Of a stretch of 52,744 bases of DNA, positions 44,916 through 51,074 are shown piece by piece. This DNA comes from Clostridia bacterium (lineage in GTDB: Bacteria; Bacillota; Clostridia; Christensenellales; Borkfalkiaceae): positions 1-52,744 of the forward strand of contig CAAFZH010000104.1 in assembly GCA_900767495.1 (NCBI GenBank), read 5' to 3'. The stretch's first letter is position 1; every line of letters begins with the position of its first letter. The notes below the pieces were generated by a model. It was not told where the DNA came from. It saw only the letters and a program-made list of their open reading frames with translations, and did no database searches. The position numbers and the translations under genes were made by a program.

Positions 44916-45123
44916 TTTGCACCTCCGAAAGTTCCGTTTTGGTCGGCACGGCGGAACGATTAAGTACGCCCGTTATGCCGAAACCTATAAATGCTGCTAA
45001 AAAAACGACCGAAAAAGCCACTTTTACCGCGCTTATTAGTCTTGCGCGTTTTAAATAATCGTTCACCGCTTTATCGCTCGTTACTACCGCGCTTGCTTGC
45101 GCGCCTGCTTTTAAATTTTTCAT
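44908..45123 (-). CDS. 71-aa single-TM protein (size and topology compatible with a small coat or membrane protein)
   Basis: GAAGG RBS. One central hydrophobic helix, AVKVAFSVVFLAAFIGFGITGVL. Confidence 0.45.
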   Translation of the reverse strand: MKNLKAGAQASAVVTSDKAVNDYLKRARLISAVKVAFSVVFLAAFIGFGITGVLNRSAVPTKTELSEVQNG

Positions 45124-45301
45124 TTTCGTTACCTTCTTTTTGTTTTTTCGTTATCTTCTTTTGTTTTCCCCGTCGGCGGAGAAGATAACGAAATACCGCC
45201 GACAGGTTAAACTCCCCGAGGAAAGACTCCGCAAAATAACAAAGACTTTATGCGTTCGGGTCGTCCGGTCTTTTTTAACTCGACTAAACCCCGAGGAAAA
45301 T

Positions 45302-45787
45302 TTATTTTAAATATTCTCTTTGCGCGCTCGTCAGACCTTCCGGGTGGTCAATCGCGCTGAACAGCCGCTCGTCGGTATCGCCCGCGCCGAGTCTGTCGCC
45401 CATAGTATCGAACTCGCACTTGTCGCCGCCTTCGCTTATTAAAACGTAGCCGCCGAGGTCGTTATCCCACACCACGAGATACCTTTCTACTATTTTCTTC
45501 CCTTCCGCTACGGTTACGCTCTCTATAACGTCGTATTCGTAAACGGCTCTTCGGAAACTATCCGTCTTCCCGGTAAAGCGGCAAATCTCTCCTCCGATTA
45601 CCTCATAAATTCCGCTTTTGGTAGTTATAAGTGCGGGGTAGCCTACAGTTTTTATAGCGCCGTTCTCATCGTATTCGCCATACTCAAAATTTCCGGGGAT
45701 TACGTACCCCTCTTTCCATTCGCCGGTTACTTTACCGTACTTGACCCTCGCCCTGACTTTATACAAATCCGGATTAAACTTTTTCAT
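45302..45787 (-). CDS. YopX-like phage protein
   Basis: ICRFTGKTDSFRRAVYEYDVIE plus an N-terminal W/G-rich beta region resembles the YopX family signature (q.TGl.Dk.gk.iyegDi.). Confidence 0.45.
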   Translation of the reverse strand: MKKFNPDLYKVRARVKYGKVTGEWKEGYVIPGNFEYGEYDENGAIKTVGYPALITTKSGIYEVIGGEICRFTGKTDSFRRAVYEYDVIESVTVAEGKKIVERYLVVWDNDLGGYVLISEGGDKCEFDTMGDRLGAGDTDERLFSAIDHPEGLTSAQREYLK

Positions 45788-45815
45788 TTCGTTACCTTCC
45801 TTTATCCCTTTCGGG

Positions 45816-46019
45816 TTATTTACTTTTTAATTCGGGCGGCTCGTCAAACGCTATTTTTATAAGCGCATTGTCCGCAAGCCACTTTTCGTCTATATCCCGC
45901 GCGGCGGTAACGGTGTATTTTTCCCGTAGCCTATCGTAGATAAGTATTTGCCGCAACGGTTTTAGCCGTTTCACTTCCTCCGCGGTGAGTTCAAACATTA
46001 AAACCGCTAATTCTTTCAT
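45816..46019 (-). CDS. 67-aa hypothetical protein
   Basis: GGAAG RBS-like motif directly upstream. No recognisable domain. Confidence 0.4.
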   Translation of the reverse strand: MKELAVLMFELTAEEVKRLKPLRQILIYDRLREKYTVTAARDIDEKWLADNALIKIAFDEPPELKSK

Positions 46020-46126
46020 CGTTCGTTATCTTCCTTTTATATTTAACCAAATACTCACATACCTCTTAATAAAAAATGTTATTATCTTCAAGGAAGATAA
46101 CGAAATAATAAAGAGGAGGTGTGGTT

Positions 46127-46327
46127 ATGACATCGAGCATTAAGTCGTGCGCGTTCAGAGGCAGTGAATGCGATATGGATTGCAAGTTCTATAACACATT
46201 AAAAAATTCTTGTATTTTCGTTGACCTGAACGCTAACGTCGAATCTATGCTAAAAACGATTTCTGTTGAACTGACCAAAGCAAACGAATCGTTATTAGAA
46301 ATAGATAATGACATTTACAACAAATAA
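46127..46327 (+). CDS. 66-aa Cys-containing hypothetical protein, antisense to the surrounding operon
   Basis: GAGGAGG RBS 7 nt before the ATG at 46127. Sequence MTSSIKSCAFRGSECDMDCKFYNTLKNSCIF... Confidence 0.45.
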   Translation: MTSSIKSCAFRGSECDMDCKFYNTLKNSCIFVDLNANVESMLKTISVELTKANESLLEIDNDIYNK

Positions 46328-46338
46328 TTTTCAAAAAA

Positions 46339-46767
46339 TTACTTATCGGCACTTTCGTCGGTGAGTAATTTTTTTTGTACCATTTTTAACAATTCCAAAT
46401 CGGAAATTTTTGCAGTAGCAAGAATTTCTTTTTCTTTCTCACTCGAATCGTTTTTTAATATGAGTTCGTCCCACTCTAACCGACGAGAAACTTCACTCAA
46501 TATGCTAAATTTTCTTCTTGCGTTTTCGGTTGTGTTTTTTTCGTTGTTCATACTACCGCTTTCCTCTTCTCTTTCCCGCTCAAGCCCCAAAAGGTAATCT
46601 GCAGACACATTAAAAATGTTACAAAGTTTTTTCAACGTGTCGTTAGGGGGTTCGCGTAAATTTAATTCATAAAAGTTGTAACCTTTAATAGATAACCCTA
46701 TTTGTTCGGCAACCTGTTTTTGAGTTAATCCTTTTTCTAAACGCAATCGTTTTAATTTCTCACCCAT
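46339..46767 (-). CDS. XRE-family HTH regulator (142 aa) with an acidic or coiled C-terminal half
   Basis: MGEKLKRLRLEKGLTQKQVAEQIGLSIKGYNFYE..LCNIFNVSADYLLGLE. Confidence 0.8.
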   Translation of the reverse strand: MGEKLKRLRLEKGLTQKQVAEQIGLSIKGYNFYELNLREPPNDTLKKLCNIFNVSADYLLGLEREREEESGSMNNEKNTTENARRKFSILSEVSRRLEWDELILKNDSSEKEKEILATAKISDLELLKMVQKKLLTDESADK

Positions 46768-46779
46768 AAAACGCACCCT

Positions 46780-47013
46780 TTATTTTTTTAGGCTTTGGTA
46801 AACTTTTGCGCCCGTTTCATCCTCAAGTCCTAAAAGGTAGTCGGACGAAACGCCGAAATACATCGCGAGCAAGATAATGTAAGGCGTATCAGGCAGTCTT
46901 TTATTTTTCTCCCACAACGAAATACTATCTTGAGTTAAATTTAAAATCTTTGCAAGGTCATTTTGAGTAATTTTTTTATCTTTTCTCAAAGCCTTTATGC
47001 GGTCGCCGTACAT
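46780..47013 (-). CDS. XRE-family HTH regulator (77 aa), first gene of the leftward transcript
   Basis: YGDRIKALRKDKKITQNDLAKILNLTQDSISLWEKNKR..VSSDYLLGLEDETGAKVY. Confidence 0.8.
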   Translation of the reverse strand: MYGDRIKALRKDKKITQNDLAKILNLTQDSISLWEKNKRLPDTPYIILLAMYFGVSSDYLLGLEDETGAKVYQSLKK

Positions 47014-47044
47014 AATAAATTATCTTTTTTTCTTTGGTTTACCT

Positions 47045-47126
47045 ATAGTTCAATTTGTTGAACTATTTTTATTATAGTTCAACTTTTCAAACTTGTCAAG
47101 CAAATAGTTCAAAATTTTGATATAAT
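47045..47126. promoter_or_regulatory. genetic-switch region: four ATAGTTCAA operator half-sites and divergent promoters
   Basis: Half-sites at 47045-47053, 47058-47066 (inverted, forming the palindrome ATAGTTCAA-TTTG-TTGAACTAT), 47074-47082 and 47104-47112. Leftward promoter: TTGACA (47099-47094), 17 nt, TATAAT (47076-47071). Rightward extended -10: TGATATAAT (47118-47126). Confidence 0.75.
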
Positions 47127-47146
47127 TTTTTTAAAGGTTGCATTTT

Positions 47147-47419
47147 ATGGATATTTTTGCGTTGAGATTAGACAAACTTATCAAAGAAAATAGAATAACC
47201 CGATATAGAGTCGCGAAAGATTTAAAATGTAGTAAAGCGACTATTATAAATTGGTGTGAAGGTGTAAACGAACCGAAGGCAACACAAATTCGCATTCTCG
47301 CTGAATATTTTGACGTTTCGTCCGACTATCTTTTAGGGCTTGAGGACGAAACGGGTGCAAAAGTCTACAACAACACTGTAAACGATAATCACGGTCATAT
47401 TACTTTCAATCAAAAATAA
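47147..47419 (+). CDS. XRE-family HTH regulator (90 aa), divergent from the other two
   Basis: I place the start at ATG 47147. Sequence MDIFALRLDKLIKENRITRYRVAKDLKCSKATIINWCEG..VSSDYLLGLEDETGAKVY. Confidence 0.75.
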   Translation: MDIFALRLDKLIKENRITRYRVAKDLKCSKATIINWCEGVNEPKATQIRILAEYFDVSSDYLLGLEDETGAKVYNNTVNDNHGHITFNQK

Positions 47420-47534
47420 AACCTTTACTTACACCGGGGGACGCCCCGTTATATGAAAATTAAAAAAAGAGTAGATTCCTCTACCCTTATTTTGTGGTGT
47501 GCTTTTTGTGCAATCATTTTTTTGCCTTCACACT

Positions 47535-47643
47535 CGGAGGGGCTTTGCCCCTCTCAATAAATTTTAATTAAATAAATTTATTTTATTTTTATTCTCGACG
47601 TTCAAGCCGTTAGGCTCTTATTGCGACGACAGTCGCTCTATGA
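47535..47643. repeat. right copy of the ~105-nt imperfect inverted repeat
   Basis: See 35043-35144. A further 15-nt shared hairpin, CGGGGGACGCCCCGT (47435-47449), matches the complement of 35040-35054-region sequence ACGGGGCGTCCCCCG at 35240-35254. Confidence 0.85.
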
Positions 47644-47815
47644 GTGAACGATAATTCCGAACTCCCCAAAAAAAACGAAACGGTCCACTCGCCGCCCCGT
47701 TCTCGCTGTCATTGCGAAGGAGCGTAGCGACTGCGGCAATCCCACCGAATAACCGACAAAGCAATAGTTCAGGGGGATCGCCACGCTTGCGCTCGCGATG
47801 ACAACAAATTTCAGC

Positions 47816-47847
47816 AAAAAAAACGGAGCGACATACTCGCCGCTCCG
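47816..47847 (-). terminator. rho-independent terminator of the yafQ-dinJ operon
   Basis: Stem CGGAGCG (47824-47830) pairs with CGCTCCG (47841-47847). On the minus strand it is followed by T8. Confidence 0.75.
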
Positions 47848-47861
47848 CTTAAAAATTTTTA

Positions 47862-48137
47862 TTAAAATAAGTCGCTATGACTGCCCGTTCTGATTAAGTA
47901 CAAGTAGAGAATTTCTTCGTCGTACTCGTACACAAGTAGCCAGTCGGGTCTTATATGACATTCGCTACAACCCGCGTAATTACCCGTTAAGGTATGATTT
48001 CGATATTTTTCGGGTAGAGGACTACCTTCCGCAAGTAAATTCAACACGGTTTCGAGCAGTTTAAAGTCAGTACCGCGTTTTTGCATTAGTTTAAGGTCTT
48101 TTTTAAATTGAGTGGTCGGCTTTAGAGTATATTTCAT
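47862..48137 (-). CDS. yafQ: type II toxin, YafQ/RelE family
   Basis: MKYTLKPTTQFKKDLKLMQKRG..PLPEKYRNHTLTGNYAGCSECHIRPDWLLVYEYD..LIRTGSHSDLF is a near-textbook YafQ-family sequence. It overlaps the antitoxin stop by 4 nt. Confidence 0.9.
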   Translation of the reverse strand: MKYTLKPTTQFKKDLKLMQKRGTDFKLLETVLNLLAEGSPLPEKYRNHTLTGNYAGCSECHIRPDWLLVYEYDEEILYLYLIRTGSHSDLF

Positions 48138-48406
48138 TTAAGCAAATCCTCAATCATTTCGTGCGCGTCGGTATAAGACTTGCCGACGGTACGGTCTTTC
48201 TTCATAAGTCTGACTTCCTCTATCGCCGCAAGCGTTTGCGCGTTGGGAGTTATTTCGATACTAAACGGTATCGCCTGCTCCCTCACCGCCTGTTTTGCAA
48301 ATACGGTAAACGCGGTAGACATATTCATTCCCAATTCCGAAAACAATACGTCGGCTTGCTTTTTAAGGTTTTCGTCCATTCTTATGGTTACGTTTACGGT
48401 AGACAT
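48134..48406 (-). CDS. dinJ: type II antitoxin, RelB/DinJ family
   Basis: MSTVNVTIRMDENLKKQADVLFSELGMNMSTAFTVFAKQAVREQAIPFSI is the typical DinJ/RelB RHH N-terminus. Confidence 0.9.
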   Translation of the reverse strand: MSTVNVTIRMDENLKKQADVLFSELGMNMSTAFTVFAKQAVREQAIPFSIEITPNAQTLAAIEEVRLMKKDRTVGKSYTDAHEMIEDLLK

Positions 48407-48437
48407 AATTTTTCACTCCTTTACGTTTGGTATTTAT

Positions 48438-48499
48438 ATTTTACCATATATTTTATGCAATGTCAATAAATTTATGTGCAATATAATTACAATGCACAT
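48438..48499 (-). promoter_or_regulatory. promoter of the dinJ-yafQ operon with an upstream palindrome
   Basis: Minus strand: TTGACA (48466-48461), 17 nt, TAAAAT (48443-48438). Inverted repeat ATGTGCA (48474-48480) / TGCACAT (48493-48499). Confidence 0.65.
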
Positions 48500-48918
48500 A
48501 TTTTTATATAATTTTTCTCTTATGGGAGGTGTTTTTGCATTATATAATTTGTCGCACGGGTACATTGCGCGCAGGCGCGGCACTTAAATTTCAATATTTT
48601 TAGTTCTAAAAATATTGAACGCCCGGCTAATTTTTCATCCCGATTTTTTTGAGATATAATAGTATTAACTATTATTCGGAGGTCTGTATTTTGAAAAATA
48701 CCGAGCAACTTTTTAACTATTCCGACTCCTTAAAGCAAATATTGTCCATCGCGCGGCAAACCCTTTGCTTTGACGATAAATCCCTGCAACTTTCTACCTT
48801 GCGTGAAAAGTTCAAGGTTTTATCGTTTCCCGCAACAAATTTTACCCCGCCTCAACCGTGCGGGGCGCAAAAAGAAGATGAAACAGCGCTTTCGTTTACT
48901 GAAAAGGAGTATACGAAA

Positions 48919-49941
48919 ATGCCTAAAAAATTTAAAAACGAATTTCGCACCGGGCGCGTTAAAGCGCGCGTTCGCCAACGCGAAGACGGTCGCTACGAAA
49001 TTCGCTGTCAAATCAACAAACAAAAAATAACAGCCTCGAGCAAAATTCTCGGGGTCGCAAAAGAAAAATTTATCGAACGGTTAAAAATCGCGGCTAACCC
49101 GCAAGCGGCACTAACCTCAAGCAACGTTAAACTCGGCGTTTATATGAAAAAATGGCTCGAAACGGTAAAAAAGCCGTATATCAAGCCGAATACTTATAAA
49201 TTCTATTTACAAACCTTTAACGCGTACATAGTTCCGCGCCTCGGCGACCGCGAACTTACGAGCATTAAAGCCTTCGAGTTACAAGACTTAATCAACGAGT
49301 TTACTAACGCCGAAAAGTTCCGAACCGCTCAAAAAGTCAACTTGCTACTCTCTGCCGTATTCGATTACGCCGTTTCCGACGAACTTTTACAACGCTCGCC
49401 GATGAAAAAAGTTATCGTCGGCATTTACGAGCAGGAACACGGCACGCCCTTAACCAGGAGCGAAGAATCAGACTTTATTCGTGCTTTTATGGGCGACCCG
49501 GGAGTGTACCGTCAGGCGTTCGCCTTTATTCTTTATACCGGGCTAAGACGCAGCGAACTTTCTTCCGTAAGCGTTTCCGATAAATGGGTTACGGTTACAA
49601 CCTCGAAACAACGCAAAGGCAAGAAAGAAAAGCAACGCCGAATACCGATTTCGCCTATGCTGCGGAAGATCTTACCGCTAATAGACGTCGCCGCGATTAA
49701 AGCGCTTTCGGTCGGTACACTCACGAAGTGGTTTAAAGTCTACTGCCCGTCGCACCACTTGCACGACTTGCGACATACGTTTATTACTCGATGCCAGGAG
49801 TGCGGCATACAACGCGAATTAGTTTCGCTTTGGGCAGGACACGCCGCCGACAGTTCGATAACTTCTGCCGTTTACACGCATTTGGAGCAATTCGAAGGTC
49901 GTCAATTAGAAGAAATGCAAAAGTTTATCTACGATTTTTAA
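48919..49941 (+). CDS. int: tyrosine recombinase/integrase of the 16.4-kb element
   Basis: I place the start at ATG 48919 with an AAGGAG RBS; the track's TTG at 48649 adds 90 aa of non-integrase-like sequence. Arm-binding-like N-terminus RVRQREDGRYEIRC. Catalytic C-terminus HDLRHTFITRC..LWAGHA..VYTH. The gene ends 122 nt from the att repeat. Confidence 0.85.
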   Translation: MPKKFKNEFRTGRVKARVRQREDGRYEIRCQINKQKITASSKILGVAKEKFIERLKIAANPQAALTSSNVKLGVYMKKWLETVKKPYIKPNTYKFYLQTFNAYIVPRLGDRELTSIKAFELQDLINEFTNAEKFRTAQKVNLLLSAVFDYAVSDELLQRSPMKKVIVGIYEQEHGTPLTRSEESDFIRAFMGDPGVYRQAFAFILYTGLRRSELSSVSVSDKWVTVTTSKQRKGKKEKQRRIPISPMLRKILPLIDVAAIKALSVGTLTKWFKVYCPSHHLHDLRHTFITRCQECGIQRELVSLWAGHAADSSITSAVYTHLEQFEGRQLEEMQKFIYDF

Positions 49942-50018
49942 AAATACCCGCCCACTTTATCGCCCAACTTTTTACTATTTAAAAAACGACGTCGTTTTAA
50001 AATAGCAGTTTTAACGAC

Positions 50019-50059
50019 AAAAAAGGTAGATTTTAAGGCTTTTCACCTTAAAATCTACC
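50019..50059 (-). terminator. terminator downstream of tRNA-Gln, supplied by the element
   Basis: GGTAGATTTTAAGG (50025-50038) pairs with CCTTAAAATCTACC (50046-50059). On the minus strand it is followed by TTTTTT. Confidence 0.75.
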
Positions 50060-50063
50060 TAAA

Positions 50064-50138
50064 TGGCTGGGGTAGAGCGATTCGAACGCCCGAATGACGG
50101 AGTCAGAGTCCGTAGCCTTACCGCTTGGCGATACCCCA
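50064..50138 (-). tRNA. tRNA-Gln(CUG): tRNA-Gln (anticodon CUG), CCA encoded
   Basis: The reverse complement TGGGGTATCGCCAAGCGGTAAGGCTACGGACTCTGACTCCGTCATTCGGGCGTTCGAATCGCTCTACCCCAGCCA folds as a cloverleaf. Acceptor stem TGGGGTA/TACCCCA; anticodon stem ACGGA/TCCGT with loop CTCTGAC; T-arm GGGCG-TTCGAAT-CGCTC. It closely resembles bacterial tRNA-Gln. Confidence 0.9.
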
Positions 50139-50205
50139 TTATAGCGTAACTCGTCAAAGTGCATTTTTCGCGCACCTTAAGTCGTTACCCGTATAGTATA
50201 CACGC

Positions 50206-50811
50206 TTATTCGTCGTTTTGCAAGTGTTTTGAGGCAATTTCTTGCAATTCGGCAATTTTTTTTGTTCCTTCTACAAAACTTAAGTACATTGCGACGGTAT
50301 CGTAACGCGCGTCGTGCCGCCCTGCGGCGTCGCCGAAAAGTTCGACGGTCTTACGGGTTATATCGTATGGATATATCTCGAAATACTCGCAGAGTTCGCC
50401 GAGTTTGGGGAATTTCCACCCTTTATGATTCGCCCGCTCTAATTTAAGTATCGGCGTAAAATAACGCATGGTATCGAATTCCTCTTTATACCGAAACCTC
50501 CTTTCGCGGCGACAATATTCGGCAATCATAAAGCCTATATCGAATCTGGCGTTATGCGCCACGATTAAATCCGCAGACGAAAAATCGTCGTAAATTTCCT
50601 CCATAAATTCCGAAAAAGTTCTTCCGCCGGAAAGTTCGTAAATTTTTTCCACGGTAAAGCCGTGCACCTCCGTGGCGGAAGGCTCGATATAATCCACCGC
50701 GAAAAAGAAATTTTTGGCGGTAGTGCCGTTTTTGCGTTCCATTATATAAGATAATTGTATTATTCCGCCGGGTATAAGCCCCGTGGTTTCCGTATCGAAA
50801 AAAAGTATCAT
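50206..50811 (-). CDS. DEDDh 3'-5' exonuclease (DnaQ / Pol III epsilon-like)
   Basis: Exo I motif ILFFDTETTGL, Exo II-like region and Exo III motif GRHDARYDT; also IVAHNARFDIGFM. Confidence 0.85.
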   Translation of the reverse strand: MILFFDTETTGLIPGGIIQLSYIMERKNGTTAKNFFFAVDYIEPSATEVHGFTVEKIYELSGGRTFSEFMEEIYDDFSSADLIVAHNARFDIGFMIAEYCRRERRFRYKEEFDTMRYFTPILKLERANHKGWKFPKLGELCEYFEIYPYDITRKTVELFGDAAGRHDARYDTVAMYLSFVEGTKKIAELQEIASKHLQNDE

Positions 50812-50864
50812 AGCGATATTTTATCACAACGAAAGCAAAAACGCAAGTATTGAGCGAAAAACGC

Positions 50865-50893
50865 TTGACAAAAAATATCCCGTTATATATAAT
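50865..50893 (+). promoter_or_regulatory. consensus promoter upstream of the TPP riboswitch
   Basis: TTGACA (50865-50870), 17 nt, TATAAT (50888-50893). Confidence 0.7.
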
Positions 50894-50904
50894 TGCATCG
50901 TAAA

Positions 50905-50995
50905 AAAAATTTGGGGTGTTCGAGCCGACCTCGGCAAGGACTGAGATTATACCCGTTGAACCCGACAAGGTAATGCTTGACTGGGGAGAGAGTTT
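50905..50995 (+). promoter_or_regulatory. TPP (THI-box) riboswitch
   Basis: Conserved elements occur in order: GGGGTG, CTGAGA, ACCC, TGAACCCGA, GGTAATGC, GGGGAGAG. The element lies upstream of a thiamine-transporter gene. Confidence 0.8.
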
Positions 50996-51012
50996 ATCTT
51001 AACGCGTTTTTT

Positions 51013-51052
51013 GCGCGCCCCTTTTCGTTTTTCGAAAAGGGGCGCGTTCGTT
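51013..51052 (+). terminator. riboswitch expression-platform terminator
   Basis: CGCGCCCCTTTTCG (51014-51027) pairs with CGAAAAGGGGCGCG (51032-51045), then TTCGTTT. An AAAGGAG RBS follows, with the ATG at 51075. Confidence 0.65.
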
Positions 51053-51074
51053 TCACCCGAAAAAGGAGTAATTT

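Larger units (their letters stand above)
33639..50108. mobile_element. 16.4-kb integrated element at tRNA-Gln, prophage-like but without recognisable capsid, packaging, tail or lysis genes
   Basis: Perfect 45-bp direct repeats lie at both ends. An intact tyrosine integrase sits next to the intact tRNA. The element also has an XRE switch, a YopX-like gene and two toxin-antitoxin modules. Confidence 0.85.

Noticed and set aside
35315-47419. Interpretation of the element as an ordinary, possibly degraded, tailed prophage or a PICI-like satellite.
   Set aside because: I could find no terminase, portal, capsid, tail, tape-measure, holin or endolysin motif in any frame. The main operon is dominated by Sec/lipoprotein-signal proteins, which does not fit cytoplasmic virion assembly. 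PICIs lack such exported-protein operons. The rejection rests on motif reading only and should be confirmed with profile searches.
47690-47810. Sequence blocks such as GTCATTGCGAAGGAGCGTAGCGACTGCGGCAATCCC and GATCGCCACGCTTGCGCTCGCGATGACAAC. A similar block lies at 52640-52700 (CGTGGGATATTTCGCTGACGCTCAATATGACG).
   Set aside because: They resemble a dispersed intergenic repeat family that, from memory and without verification, is common in Clostridial genomes and sometimes mis-called as tiny ORFs. Nothing here ties them to a specific function, so they are noted only as REP-like filler. They also caution that the 35.0/47.6-kb inverted repeat might belong to a similar genome-wide family.
48649-48918. 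Upstream extension of the integrase ORF from a TTG start (90 extra aa).
   Set aside because: The extension has no integrase-like sequence and no RBS. The ATG at 48919 has AAGGAG at ideal spacing and gives a typical 340-aa integrase starting at the arm-binding region. The 270 nt more likely hold the int promoter and att arm sites.
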